This document shows positions 10,383 to 20,699 of a stretch of DNA of 64,000 bases, one piece after another. The stretch is from positions 416,001 to 480,000 of the forward strand of contig CAVZDU010000005.1 in NCBI GenBank assembly GCA_963774265.1. The letters run 5' to 3'. A program made the position numbers and the translations under genes. The number at the start of each line of letters is the position of its first letter. The first letter of the stretch is position 1. The stretch is from an uncultured Chloroflexia bacterium (lineage in GTDB: Bacteria > Chloroflexota > Anaerolineae > CG2-30-64-16). Under the pieces are notes generated by a model. The model ran no database searches, was not told where the DNA came from, and was given only the letters and a program-made list of their open reading frames with translations.

Positions 10383-10431
10383 GCATGATGCGTGAAACGT
10401 GAGCAACGGCGTCACGCCCCACGCATCATGC
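10383..10431. repeat. Intergenic hairpin built from heptamer-like repeats
   Basis: GCATGATGCGTG...CACGCATCATGC between the SBP and permease genes. Confidence 0.55.
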
Positions 10432-10446
10432 AGCGCGTCTTGCGTG

Positions 10447-11850
10447 TTACTGCGGAGCGAAGATCAGCGCCCGTTCCTTTTCCAGGCCGGTCAGGATCTT
10501 GTCGATCTGTTTGGTATCGTTCCAGAACGCCTGGAACGCGGCCATGCCTTTCTCGGCCATTTCGGGCGTGGTGTCGCGATCGTAGAACTGCGCGATGTAG
10601 TCCGCGCCCTTGAGCAGCTCCATGCCCTTCTTCGACGCCTCGTCGTAACCAGTCGTATCCACGTCGAGGTTGGTGGGCAGGCGCTTGAGCGTGCCCGCGA
10701 AATAGGTCTGGGTTTCCTTGGAACCCAGGAACGCCAGGAACTGCTTGGCGGCCTCAGGATGCGGTGCGTTGGCAGCCGCAAAGTAGCCATCGGTCGGTGC
10801 ATCTTCGCCGACAGGGACCTTCGGGTCGATGATCGGGAAGCGGAAGAAGTCGAAATCCGCCTTGTTCTCCGCAGGGACCGAGTCCATGACGAACTGGCCC
10901 ATCAGGTACATCGCGGCCTTGCCCTGCAGCATGAACGGGATTACATCCTGCCAGGCGTAGGAGGCAGCGTTCTCGATAAAGTAGCCTTTGTCCAGGAGCG
11001 TCGCCCAGTACTCGAAGGCCTTCTTCACACGCGGGTCGTCATACTTCTCCGTGCCGAGCATCAGGTTGATGTGGAACTCAGGGCCATTGACCCGCATGTT
11101 CAAGTAGTCGAACCAGGCCGCCGCGGGCCATGCGTCCTTGGTGCCGCTGACGATGGGGGTGATCCCGTTCTTCTTTAGAGTCTCACAGACGGTCAGGAAT
11201 TCGTCCCACGTCTTGGGCGGCTGCAGGTTGTACTTGGCAAAGATCGGCTTGCTGTAGTAGACCGCCCACCAGTAGTAGCTGGTCGGCACAAAGTACTGCT
11301 TGCCGTTGACCGTGCTCAGCGCCTGGAAGCCCTTGGGATAGGACTTGTCCCAGCCTTCCTTGGTCCAGACGTCGCTGATGTCCATGATCTGGCCCTTGTC
11401 GATGAAGAACCGGGCGCGGTTGCCCGCGAACCAGGTCATGACGTCCGGCGGCTGCGACGAGGTCAGGTAGGCGCGAATCGCTTGCTTGAAGTCCTCATGT
11501 GCGACGGTGCTTTGGATCACCTCGATGTTCGGGTATTTCGCCATGAACATCTTCACGGTTTCTGCGTCGGCCGCGCGCGGTGCGGGATCACTCTGGTAGG
11601 TGTTGTAGACCAACATGGTCTTGGGGGCCACGGTGACCTGCTTCTCCACGATCTTTTCAACCGATTTCTCGACCACCTGGGTCACGACCTTCTCGACCTC
11701 GACCGGCTTCTCGACAACTTTCTCCTGCGTGACCACCTGGGTGACGATCTTCTCGACCACTTGAGGGGTTGGGGCGGCGCAGGCAGCCAGCATCGCCACC
11801 ATGGCGAATACGGCAAAAACGCTTAGCAACTTGAACCACTTGGACCGCAT
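10447..11850 (-). CDS. Sugar ABC transporter substrate-binding lipoprotein
   Basis: Lipobox LAAC, V/E/K/T-rich linker, PPKTWDEF and GKAAMYLMG motifs. Confidence 0.95.
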   Translation of the reverse strand: MRSKWFKLLSVFAVFAMVAMLAACAAPTPQVVEKIVTQVVTQEKVVEKPVEVEKVVTQVVEKSVEKIVEKQVTVAPKTMLVYNTYQSDPAPRAADAETVKMFMAKYPNIEVIQSTVAHEDFKQAIRAYLTSSQPPDVMTWFAGNRARFFIDKGQIMDISDVWTKEGWDKSYPKGFQALSTVNGKQYFVPTSYYWWAVYYSKPIFAKYNLQPPKTWDEFLTVCETLKKNGITPIVSGTKDAWPAAAWFDYLNMRVNGPEFHINLMLGTEKYDDPRVKKAFEYWATLLDKGYFIENAASYAWQDVIPFMLQGKAAMYLMGQFVMDSVPAENKADFDFFRFPIIDPKVPVGEDAPTDGYFAAANAPHPEAAKQFLAFLGSKETQTYFAGTLKRLPTNLDVDTTGYDEASKKGMELLKGADYIAQFYDRDTTPEMAEKGMAAFQAFWNDTKQIDKILTGLEKERALIFAPQ

Positions 11851-11951
11851 GGTTGCTTCCCTCCTTTGGGTGCTAGATTGGAACAAACGGCAAGTCAGAC
11901 AGCCAGGGATGTGTCTCCGATCCCCAATCGCGAGCGGGGCTTCACCTCCAT

Positions 11952-12974
11952 TCAACGGGGAGTAAACGATGCAGTGGTCTGGCGCACCACCAGCGACGCT
12001 TCCAGCCGGATCTGCCGGGGACCGGCGTCAGGCTGGCTGAGGGCTTCCATCAGCAGGCATGCACACGCCTGTCCGATGGCGAAGGTGTCCTGGCGCATAG
12101 TCGTCAGAGGCGGATCGAAGTAGGAGGCCAGGGGCATGTCGTCGAAACCGATCACCGAGAGGTTGTCGGGCACCCGCAGACCCAGCTCACGCGCGGCCTG
12201 GAGGATGCCTACGGCCATCCGATCGTTTTGGGCCACGACTGCAGTGAGGTCGGGCGCCCGGGTCAGCAGTTCCCGCAGGGCGGTATGCCCCGACGTAGCC
12301 GACCAATCCCCCTCCATCACCAGCGCCGGGTCGGGCTGGATGCCCGCTGCGGTCAGCGCGTCGCCATACCCGCGGCTGCGTTCCTGGGCGCAGTCCTCGG
12401 TCAGGGGACCAGTGACCTGTGCAATGCGCTGGTGGCCCAACTGCGTGAGGTGCTGCGTGGCCACGTAAGCTGCCTGATGGTTGTCCAGATATACCAGGTT
12501 TTGCACGTCATCGCGTTGGCAACCGCCCATCAGCACGGTTGCGAAAGCAGTTGGCAAATGCTGCACGGGCAGCTCGACAAACGGGCTGATAATGATCAGC
12601 CCATCCACACGCCGGGGGGCCACCAGTTCATCCACGAGGGCTACGAACTGGCGCTCATCCGCGAATGGAGCGCAGAGCAGGTAGTATCCGCGCTCGCGCG
12701 CCACAGATTCGGCGCCTTCCATGTTGGATGCATAGGTGAAATCGGTGAGGTTGGGCGCCAGGCAGGCCAGGGTGTTGGTGCGGCCTTGGGCCATCGAGCG
12801 GGCAATCGCGTGGGGCCGGAAATCGAGATCCTGGATCGCTGATTCGACGCGAGACTGGGTTTGGGGCATCACACCCGGCGCGCCGTTGATCACGCGCGAA
12901 ACAGTCTGGTGGGAGACTCCCGCCAACAGGGCCACGTCGCGCAACGTGGGACGCTTCGTCGACGACCGGGTCAT
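11952..12974 (-). CDS. LacI-family transcriptional regulator
   Basis: TLRDVALLAGVSHQTVSRVIN HTH; SVIGFDD and PPLTT motifs. Confidence 0.95.
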   Translation of the reverse strand: MTRSSTKRPTLRDVALLAGVSHQTVSRVINGAPGVMPQTQSRVESAIQDLDFRPHAIARSMAQGRTNTLACLAPNLTDFTYASNMEGAESVARERGYYLLCAPFADERQFVALVDELVAPRRVDGLIIISPFVELPVQHLPTAFATVLMGGCQRDDVQNLVYLDNHQAAYVATQHLTQLGHQRIAQVTGPLTEDCAQERSRGYGDALTAAGIQPDPALVMEGDWSATSGHTALRELLTRAPDLTAVVAQNDRMAVGILQAARELGLRVPDNLSVIGFDDMPLASYFDPPLTTMRQDTFAIGQACACLLMEALSQPDAGPRQIRLEASLVVRQTTASFTPR

Positions 12975-12994
12975 ATTGGGCCACCGGAGAGGGC

Positions 12995-13052
12995 ATGTTA
13001 CCGGTCACTTTACCGGTAACATCACTATACGACCGTTTACGGGGTTTGTCAA
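12995..13052 (-). promoter_or_regulatory. Sigma70 promoter with two adjacent LacI-type operators
   Basis: TTGACA(13052-13047)-17bp-TATAGT(13029-13024); TGTTACCGGTCAC and TTTACCGGTAACA lie just downstream. Confidence 0.8.
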
Positions 13053-13225
13053 TCCCCAATTTTTTCGGGGCCGAGAAGTCGCCCCGCGATCTGGGCGATG
13101 TCATCGACCGCCGCGTAGAACTCGATCTCGTCTACCTGGGACGGTTTGATGAAGCCGCTGATCTTGCTGATGAACTGCAACGCGGCCGCGTGCATCTCGT
13201 TCTCGCGGAAGGTCGCCGGGCTGTT
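13049..13225 (-). pseudogene. Degenerate DUF2277-like remnant
   Basis: Translates PATFRENEMHAAALQFISKISGFIKPSQVDEIEFYAAVDDIA; lacks the usual MCRNI start and overlaps an inverted repeat. Confidence 0.5.
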
Positions 13226-13243
13226 ACGCGCACGGCGACCTTC
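13208..13243 (-). terminator. Inverted repeat downstream of the YciI gene
   Basis: GAAGGTCGCCG-N14-CGGCGACCTTC; no strong U-tract. Confidence 0.4.
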
Positions 13244-13297
13244 ACGGTAGTCCGCCCCTGCCTGCTCATCAGATCAGGGGCAGAATGAACTCGATCT

Positions 13298-14206
13298 CTA
13301 ATAGTCGGGCGGCCACTGCTGCGCGGCTATCTGCGCACGCTGGTGCGCCTCTGCTTCCCTCAGCTCGGGCGTGAACTCCTCGCCAAAGTCGTCCTCACCG
13401 AATACCTGGCGAAGCTCGAGCTCGACCTCGCCGTCAGCGTCGAGCGCCGGCCAGCGCCTCACCCATGCAAGCGCCTCTTCCATCGAATGCACCTGGATCA
13501 TCGTGAAGCCGGCGACGAGCTCCTTCGACTCAGTGAAAGGCCCGTCGATCACAGTCCGCTTCCCTCTTGAGTACCTGACTCGCGCGCCCTTCGAGCTTGG
13601 GTGAAGTCCTTCACCCGCGAGAAAGACGCCCGCGTTGATCCCTTCTTCGTTGTACGCTCCCATCGCGGCGAGGAGCTCCTCGCTCGCCGCCGCGTTCGCC
13701 TCGGTGTCCTTATCGGCCTTCCGAAAGATCACGAACCGCTTCAGCCTGGGGTTGACCGCAGGCGATTCAGTGCTCCCCGCCCGGAATTCCGCTTCCTTCT
13801 CGCGCCACCCGGATTCTTCCGCACTGACGGGGAAGTCCTCCAACTCGAAGATCTGGCGCACCTCGACTTCGCCAACCCCGTCACGGTTGGCCGGAGTCTC
13901 GCCGGCCTCGAAGGGGATGCGCTTGGCCCATTCGATCGCCTCTTGCTTCGACTTCGCCTGAATGATCCAGTAGCCTGCGATCACTTCTTTTGCCTCGGCG
14001 AAAGGCCCGTCGGTCACGGTGGGCTTACCTTTCGAGAATTTGATGCGCGCCCCCTTCGAAGTCGGGTGGAGTCCCTCGCCCGCGAGCAGCGCGCCCGCCT
14101 TCACCAGGGCGTCGTTGTACTTGACCATTTCGGAAATCAGTTTTTCATCCGGCAGCACGCCCGCTTCCGACTGCTCATCACCCTTGATCATCATCATGAA
14201 TCGCAT
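13298..14206 (-). CDS. Tandem two-domain YciI/DGPF protein
   Basis: Two repeats of GEGLHP.SKGAR..DGPF.E.KE..AG..E.RQ. Confidence 0.92.
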   Translation of the reverse strand: MRFMMMIKGDEQSEAGVLPDEKLISEMVKYNDALVKAGALLAGEGLHPTSKGARIKFSKGKPTVTDGPFAEAKEVIAGYWIIQAKSKQEAIEWAKRIPFEAGETPANRDGVGEVEVRQIFELEDFPVSAEESGWREKEAEFRAGSTESPAVNPRLKRFVIFRKADKDTEANAAASEELLAAMGAYNEEGINAGVFLAGEGLHPSSKGARVRYSRGKRTVIDGPFTESKELVAGFTMIQVHSMEEALAWVRRWPALDADGEVELELRQVFGEDDFGEEFTPELREAEAHQRAQIAAQQWPPDY

Positions 14207-14376
14207 CGCCTTATCTCCTTCTTTATTTACGTTTCCGGTCGATCTCGGCCGGCTGCATGCTGGCACCAGTGTCACAGCAAACCGTCGCACCGGGGCGTTG
14301 ATTGGCTGTGAACACTAGATAGTCGTTTTTGGGGGACCCAAATCGACATTGCCGCCTGCGGCCCTGCATCGACACA

Positions 14377-14673
14377 CTAGCCTCCGGCGATGGCCCCGAG
14401 AATCTTAAGCGGTTCCGCACCCGTCACCACCGCATCGGGCAGAGGAGCATCCGGCGGTTGATGGGATAGATCGCGTCCGACGGCGTAGAACCTCATCAAC
14501 GGCCGGCGCTGCTGTGTGACCTGGTCGCGGATCGTCCCGCGCAGGGCGGGATAGGCGCTCTCGAGCGCGTCGAGGACCGAGCGCTGTGTCACCGGACCCT
14601 CAACCTGCAGCTCCACCTCTTTTCCGACTTGCGCCAGGTTCCGCAGATGGTATGGAAGCACGACGCGGATCAT
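14377..14673 (-). CDS. MoaD/ThiS ubiquitin-like protein
   Basis: About 98 aa ending in AIAGG; ATGA overlap with the upstream gene. Confidence 0.88.
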   Translation of the reverse strand: MIRVVLPYHLRNLAQVGKEVELQVEGPVTQRSVLDALESAYPALRGTIRDQVTQQRRPLMRFYAVGRDLSHQPPDAPLPDAVVTGAEPLKILGAIAGG

Positions 14674-15785
14674 GGCAGCATCTGCACTTCGACGGACATG
14701 ACGGCCGGCAGATCGCGTGCGATGGGGACCCAGGTGTCGCCAGCATTGGCCGAGGCATACACCTGCCCGCCGGAGGTGCCGAAGTACACGCCGCACGGAT
14801 CGAGTGAGTCTACGGCCATCGCGTCGCGCAGTACGTTGACGTAGCAGTCACTCTGCGGCAGACCACGCGTGAGCGCCTCCCACTCGTTTCCGCCGGTCCG
14901 GCTGCGGTACACGCGCAGCTTACCATCCGGCGGGTAATGCTCGGAATCGCTTTTGATCGGTACAACGTAGACCGTGTCCGGCTCATGCGTGTGGACTGCA
15001 ATCGGGAAGCCAAAGTCGGATGGCAGGTTGCCGCTCACCTCATGCCATGACTCACCCGCGTCGTCGCTGCGCATCACATCCCAGTGCTTCTGCATGAACA
15101 GCACGTCAGGTCGCGAAGGGTGCATCGCGATGCGGTGGACACAGTGGCCGGTTTCGGCCGCGGGATCAGGGATATACTCGGACTTCAGGCCCTGGTTGAT
15201 CGGCCGCCACGTCTGGCCGGCATCGTCGGTGCGGAACGCGCCCGCGGCCGAGATGGCGATGAACATCCGCTGCGGATTGCCCGGATCGAGCAGAATCGTG
15301 TGCAGGCACATCCCCCCTGCGCCCGGGCTCCAGGAGGGCCCTGAGGGGTGCCGGCGCAGGCCGGAGAGCTCCTCCCATGTCTTGCCGCCGTCCACGGTGC
15401 GGAAAAGGGCGGCGTCTTCCACCCCGGCGTAGACCGTATCCGGATCTGTCAGAGACGGTTCGAGATGCCACACCCGCGCGAATTCCCAGGGATGCTGCGT
15501 GCCGTCGTACCACTGGTGTGTGCCGACCCCCCCTTCGTACGCGAACTGATTGCCGACCGGCGCCCATGTCCTACCGCCGTCATCGGAACGGTGGATCGTC
15601 TGCCCGAACCACGAGCTGGATTGCGAGGCATATACCCGGTCGGGATCCACAGGTGAACCTTTGACGTGATAGATCTCCCAGCCTCCAAAGTGAGGACCAT
15701 TGATGTCCCACCGCTCGCGTTTGCCATCGGATGTGAGAATGAACGCGCCCTTGCGCGTACCTACCAGAACCCGTACGCCACTCAT
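14670..15785 (-). CDS. BNR/Asp-box beta-propeller protein (WD40/YVTN/BNR-like)
   Basis: Repeated S.DGG.TW Asp-boxes; VLVGTRKG N-terminus. Confidence 0.88.
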   Translation of the reverse strand: MSGVRVLVGTRKGAFILTSDGKRERWDINGPHFGGWEIYHVKGSPVDPDRVYASQSSSWFGQTIHRSDDGGRTWAPVGNQFAYEGGVGTHQWYDGTQHPWEFARVWHLEPSLTDPDTVYAGVEDAALFRTVDGGKTWEELSGLRRHPSGPSWSPGAGGMCLHTILLDPGNPQRMFIAISAAGAFRTDDAGQTWRPINQGLKSEYIPDPAAETGHCVHRIAMHPSRPDVLFMQKHWDVMRSDDAGESWHEVSGNLPSDFGFPIAVHTHEPDTVYVVPIKSDSEHYPPDGKLRVYRSRTGGNEWEALTRGLPQSDCYVNVLRDAMAVDSLDPCGVYFGTSGGQVYASANAGDTWVPIARDLPAVMSVEVQMLP

Positions 15786-15830
15786 CGTTTGCTCCTTCCT
15801 ACACTGCCAGATGTGCTCTGGCCGATCTCT

Positions 15831-17087
15831 TCAATCAAGCAGGCCGGCCAGTCGCTGTTCGAGAAATCGGCGCTGCGTCTCCTGTTTCGCGAGACCCAGC
15901 GCCCGTCCGTAAGAGATGCGGGCATCCATCGTTTTTCCCAGTCGTCGGCACAGCTCGGCCCGCGCTGCGTGCGCCAGGTGATAGTCCGACAAATCGCCGT
16001 TGGCCAGGATAGCGTCAATCAGGGCCAGACCGGCGGCAGGGCCGTCAACCATCGCCACCGCCACGGCACGATTCAACGCCACCACAGGCGACGACGCCGT
16101 CTGCGCGAGCATGTCGTACAACTCGACAATCCGCACCCAGTCCGTCGCTGCAAAATCGAGCGCCTGCGCGTGCACGGCTGCGATCGCGGCCTGGAGAGTG
16201 TAAGGGCCGAACCGGCCCGAAGATAACGCCCTTTCAGCCAGAGCCACGCCCTCCGCAATCTGACCTCGGTTCCAGAGCGAGCGGTCCTGATCTTCCAGCA
16301 GCACCAGGTCTCCTGCCGCCGAGATGCGCGCGGCGCGTCGTGATTCCTGTAGCAGCATCAATGCCAGCAATCCTGTCACCTCGGGATCTGGCAGCAGCCC
16401 GATCAGCAGCCGGCCCAGGTGGATCGCCTCACCCGAAAGATCGGGCCGGGTCAACGATGCACCCTCCGAGGCGGTGTATCCTTCGTTGAACACCAGGTAG
16501 ATTACTTGAAGAACAGTGTCCAGGCGGGCGGGCAACTCCTCCGGCGGCGGCACCTGGTAGGGGATGGCTGCGTCGCGGATCTTCGCCTTGGCGCGCACGA
16601 TGCGTTGTGCCAGCGTAGACGGGGCGGTGAGAAAGGCGTGAGCGATTTCCTCGGTTGTGAGCCCGCACACCTCCCGCAACGTTAGCGCCACCCGGGCCTC
16701 AGGCGGCAGAGCCGGATGGCAGCAGGTGAAAATCAGCCGCAGGCGATCGTCCTCCACGACCTCAGGGTCCCATCCTTCAGAATCACTCGTGGATGCGCGA
16801 AGTCGTTCTGCCAATCCTGCCAGCTTGGTGTCGAACCGGACGCGTCGGCGGATCGTATCGATGGCCTTGAAGCGACCGGCCGAGACCAGCCACGCCCGGG
16901 GATTCCTGGGCACGCCATCTCGCGGCCACTGCCGCACGGCCGCGGCGAAAGCTTCCTGCAAGGCTTCCTCGGCGAGGTCGAAGTCGCCCAGCAGCCGGAT
17001 CAGGGTCGCGAGAATCCGGCGCGACTCGGAACGATAAACGTCCTCCAGTGTCGCGCTGACCTCATCAACCTTGTGCTCGCTCACCAT
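15831..17087 (-). CDS. ECF sigma factor with C-terminal TPR extension (ECF42-type)
   Basis: DFDLAEEALQEAF, DDRLRLIFTCCHPAL and YLVFNEGY motifs; DGPF gene downstream. Confidence 0.9.
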   Translation of the reverse strand: MVSEHKVDEVSATLEDVYRSESRRILATLIRLLGDFDLAEEALQEAFAAAVRQWPRDGVPRNPRAWLVSAGRFKAIDTIRRRVRFDTKLAGLAERLRASTSDSEGWDPEVVEDDRLRLIFTCCHPALPPEARVALTLREVCGLTTEEIAHAFLTAPSTLAQRIVRAKAKIRDAAIPYQVPPPEELPARLDTVLQVIYLVFNEGYTASEGASLTRPDLSGEAIHLGRLLIGLLPDPEVTGLLALMLLQESRRAARISAAGDLVLLEDQDRSLWNRGQIAEGVALAERALSSGRFGPYTLQAAIAAVHAQALDFAATDWVRIVELYDMLAQTASSPVVALNRAVAVAMVDGPAAGLALIDAILANGDLSDYHLAHAARAELCRRLGKTMDARISYGRALGLAKQETQRRFLEQRLAGLLD

Positions 17088-17209
17088 CTCGATTCTTCCG
17101 GTCCGACGAATCCAAAGACCACAACAACTCTAGCACATAAGTACGGTGTTTCTATGGTGTTTTCGCTACAAAGCACTGAGGTTGATCCTTAAAAATGTGC
17201 TTTAAGTTA

Positions 17210-17248
17210 TAATTAAGTATTGACTTAATTAAGTGTTCGCTGTATAAT
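17210..17248 (+). promoter_or_regulatory. Sigma70 promoter overlapped by a palindromic ArsR-type operator
   Basis: TAATTAAGT-ATTG-ACTTAATTA palindrome; TTGACT-17bp-TATAAT only 6 nt before the ATG (leaderless-like). Confidence 0.8.
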
Positions 17249-17254
17249 CCGGTC

Positions 17255-17596
17255 ATGGATAGATTCTACGCACTCGCTGAGCCTACAAGACGAAGGATAC
17301 TGGAGATGCTGGCGGGGGAGGGTCAGTTATCTGCCACAGAGATAGCCGACCGATTTGATGTCAGCTCCTCCGCAATCTCACAGCATCTCAAGGTCCTGCG
17401 TGAGTCGAAGTTGGTGCAGATGGAGAAACGGGCGCAGCAGCGCCTCTACCGGATCAATCCGGAGGCCATGCTGGAGGTGGAAGACTGGGCCAGGCACATG
17501 ACGCAACTCTGGCAGCAGCGTCTTGATGCTCTGGATGCGGTGTTGAAGGCAGAGAAACTGAAAAATGAAGAGGAGCAGTCAGATGTCAAAGGATAA
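17255..17596 (+). CDS. ArsR/SmtB-family transcriptional regulator
   Basis: FYALAEPTRRRIL and SAISQHLKVL motifs. Confidence 0.93.
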   Translation: MDRFYALAEPTRRRILEMLAGEGQLSATEIADRFDVSSSAISQHLKVLRESKLVQMEKRAQQRLYRINPEAMLEVEDWARHMTQLWQQRLDALDAVLKAEKLKNEEEQSDVKG

Positions 17597-18086
17597 AACG
17601 GGAAACGGCATCACAATCTGGACGTTCCCGACGGATGCGGAGATTAAGATAGAGCGCGTATTCGATGCACCGCGCGAGCTCGTGTTCCGGGCGTACACAG
17701 ATCCGACCCTGATACCGAGGTGGTGGGGGCCCGGGCGCCTGACGACGACGATCGACAAGATGGATGTGAGACCGGGTGGCGCCTGGCGCTTTATCCAACA
17801 CGATGCCGACGGCAATGAGTATGCGTTTCGTGGCGAGTATCGCGAAGTCGTGCCGCCCGAGCGGCTCGTCAACACCTTTGAATATGAGGCCGAGCCGGGC
17901 CATGTATCGATTGACACCATGACCTTGGAAGATCTGCACGGCAAGACGAAGATGACGATCACATCTTCGTTCGACTCGAAGCAGGATCGCGACGGGATGA
18001 TGCAAGAGGGGGCTGAGGAAGGCGCGAACGAGGGCTATGATCGCCTCGATGCGCTTCTGGCTGAATTGGCACGAATGGGAGCCTAA
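17583..18086 (+). CDS. SRPBCC/AHSA1-family protein
   Basis: IERVFDAPRELVF, WWGP and DVRPGGAWR motifs. Confidence 0.92.
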   Translation: MSKDKTGNGITIWTFPTDAEIKIERVFDAPRELVFRAYTDPTLIPRWWGPGRLTTTIDKMDVRPGGAWRFIQHDADGNEYAFRGEYREVVPPERLVNTFEYEAEPGHVSIDTMTLEDLHGKTKMTITSSFDSKQDRDGMMQEGAEEGANEGYDRLDALLAELARMGA

Positions 18087-18091
18087 ATGCA

Positions 18092-18128
18092 GGTCGCCCG
18101 CCCGACCAGTGGCGGGCGGGCGACCCAC
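18092..18128. repeat. REP-like hairpin / terminator
   Basis: GGTCGCCCGCCC-N10-GGGCGGGCGACC, with a GTGG end on the minus strand. Confidence 0.5.
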
Positions 18129-18314
18129 AAGTCAGAGCCGCGGCGCGTTATTGCCCTCGCAAGATCATCGGCAGACGGGTCCACCTCAGCTTTAGATCAG
18201 GGAATGGGGCGTAGCCGTGTTAGAATAAGTGTCGGACGAGGGGCAGGAGGCCGTCTTCTCAGTGGCGGTAATCCCGGCTACGGCCGTACGCTGTATCTGA
18301 TGCAGGTGAAACCC

Positions 18315-19382
18315 ATGGAAACGTTTGTCCCGACCAAACACGTCCATCGTCGTCTCAATCCGCTGACAGGCGAGTGGGTGCTGGTGTCGCCGCACCGCAC
18401 CCAGCGGCCGTGGCAGGGCCAGGTGGAGCGGCTGCCCGGCGAGCAGCGCCCGGCCTATGACCCGACCTGTTACCTCTGCCCCGGGAACGGCCGCGCCGGG
18501 GGCGCACGCAACCCGGCCTACGAGAGCACGTTCGTCTTCACCAACGACTTCGCCGCGCTCGTGCCTGACGCACCAGCCGCAGGCAGTGACGATCCGCTCT
18601 TTCGGGCCACGCCGGTCCCGGGTGACTGCCGGGTGATCTGCTTCTCCCCGCGGCATGACCTGTCCCTGCCGGAGATGCCCGTCGAGCAGATTCGCACGGT
18701 GGTCGACGTGTGGGCGGCGCAGACTGCGGAGCTGGGTCAAACGTACCGTTGGGTGCAGGTCTTTGAGAACAAGGGGGCGGTCATGGGCAGCTCCAACCCG
18801 CATCCCCACGGCCAAGTCTGGGCGCTGGACGCGCTGCCCAATGAGCCGGCCAAGGAGGACCGCCAGCAGCGGAGCTACCACGCCGAGCACAGGCGGCCGC
18901 TGCTGCTGGACTATCTGGCGGTCGAGCTGGACCGCGGGGAGCGCGTGGTGGTGGCGAACGATGCCTGGGTCGCGGTCGTCCCCTACTGGGCCGTCTGGCC
19001 GTTCGAGATCCTGCTGATACTGCGGCAGCACATGCTGCGCCTACTCGATCTGGACGACGCCCAGCGTGACGCGCTGGCGGATATCCTCAAGCGCCTGCTG
19101 ACGCGCTACGACAACGTCTTTGAGACTTCGTTCCCCTATTCGATGGGCTGGCACGGCGCGCCGTTCGGAGCGACCCATCGGACTTCCGATGACCTGGACG
19201 GGTCTGACCGGGATCACTGGCAGTTGCACGCGCATTTCTACCCGCCCCTGCTGCGGTCGGCCACGGTGAAGAAGTTCATGGTCGGCTACGAGCTGCTGGC
19301 CGAGGCCCAGCGCGATATCACTGCTGAACAGGCCGCCCGTCGATTACAGGAAATGTCCGAAGTTCACTATAAGGAGCACTGA
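18315..19382 (+). CDS. galT: Galactose-1-phosphate uridylyltransferase
   Basis: [25 protein letters not shown] and SNPHPHGQ motifs. Confidence 0.96.
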   Translation: METFVPTKHVHRRLNPLTGEWVLVSPHRTQRPWQGQVERLPGEQRPAYDPTCYLCPGNGRAGGARNPAYESTFVFTNDFAALVPDAPAAGSDDPLFRATPVPGDCRVICFSPRHDLSLPEMPVEQIRTVVDVWAAQTAELGQTYRWVQVFENKGAVMGSSNPHPHGQVWALDALPNEPAKEDRQQRSYHAEHRRPLLLDYLAVELDRGERVVVANDAWVAVVPYWAVWPFEILLILRQHMLRLLDLDDAQRDALADILKRLLTRYDNVFETSFPYSMGWHGAPFGATHRTSDDLDGSDRDHWQLHAHFYPPLLRSATVKKFMVGYELLAEAQRDITAEQAARRLQEMSEVHYKEH

Positions 19383-19392
19383 GGGGGTCGTG

Positions 19393-19545
19393 ATGAAGGT
19401 ACTTGTCAGCGGCGGCGCCGGCTATATCGGGAGCACGGTTGCACAGCAGTTGTTGGTGGCCCAGCCACCCCGAGCTGCGCGAGATCGTCGAGAGCGCCCG
19501 GCTGTGGCACCAGGACCATCCACACGGTTACGGAGAACCCAATGA
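19393..19545 (+). pseudogene. galE: UDP-glucose 4-epimerase remnant with large internal deletion
   Basis: MKVLVSGGAGYIGSTVAQQLL joined out of frame to WWPSHPELREIVESARLWHQDHPHGY. Confidence 0.85.
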
Positions 19546-20692
19546 CGGTTGATCGACAAGTCGTCCAGGCCTTTGAGGAGCGTTTCGGCGCGGCGCCGGC
19601 CTTTGTGGTGCGCGCGCCCGGCCGAGTCAACCTGATCGGCGAGCACACCGACTATAACGACGGGTTTGTGCTGCCACTGGCCATCGACCGGGCCGCGTGG
19701 ATCGCGCTGCGGCCCGTGCCGGGTTCGGTGGTGACCGTCCACTCCCTGGATTTCGGTGAGGTGGACACCTTCGATCTGGACCGCCTGACCCCACAACCCG
19801 GCTCGTGGGCCAATTATGTGCGCGGGGTGACCTGGGCGCTGCAGCAGCGCGGCTATACGCCGGCCGGTTGGGAGGGCGTGATGGCCGGTGATGTGCCACT
19901 GGGCGCGGGGCTCTCGTCCTCGGCCGCGCTGGAGATGGCTGTGGCGCGCGCGTTCGCGGCGGTGGCCGGCTGGCCTTGGGATGCGCCGAGCCATGGCGCT
20001 GAGCGGTCAATTGGCCGAGAATAAGTGGGTGGGTGTCAACACCGGCATCATGGACCAGATGATCTCGGCCGCGGGTGTGGCCGAACACGCGCTCCTCATC
20101 GACTGCCGTTCGCTGGACACAACGCCCATCCCGCTGCCCGCGGGCTTTGCGGTCGTTGTGCTGGATACGTCCACGCGGCGCGGGCTGGTCGGTTCGGCGT
20201 ACAACGAGCGCCGTTTGCAGTGCGAGACCGCAGCCCGCCATTTTGGGGTTAAGGCGCTGCGTGACGTCAGCGACGCGGCAACTCGAGGCGGCGAGATCCG
20301 AGCTCGATCCCCTGATCTACCGCCGCGCCCGGCATGTCGTCACTGAGAACGACCGGGTGTTACAGGCGTGCGATGCGATGCGGGCCGGCGATGCCCACGC
20401 AGCGGGCCGGCTGTTGGACGCCAGCCACGTCAGCATGCGCGACGATTTCCAGATTTCCAACCGCGAATTGGATATCTTCGTCGAGATCGCGGCGGCCCAC
20501 CCGGCGTGCGTAGGCGCACGCATGACCGGCGGCGGGTTTGGCGGGTGCGCGGTGGCCCTGGTTGGGGATGCGGGTATTCCGGGGTTCGTCAAGAGCGTGG
20601 CTGCCGAGTACACAGTTCGTACCGGCCTGTCGCCGCGCGTCTATGTTTGCCGCGCGACTAATGGCGCGGAGGCTGTGGCCTGCGCTCCTTAA
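19542..20692 (+). CDS. galK: Galactokinase (two apparent frameshifts, near 19985 and 20280)
   Basis: [31 protein letters not shown] and [11 protein letters not shown] motifs across three frames. Confidence 0.92.
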
Positions 20693-20699
20693 TTACGGC

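Noticed and set aside
11630-11765. Repetitive DNA in the SBP gene
   Set aside because: Encodes an ordinary V/E/K/T lipoprotein linker.
18087-18314. N-terminal extension of galT
   Set aside because: Runs through a hairpin and promoter-like region; GalT homology starts near 18315.
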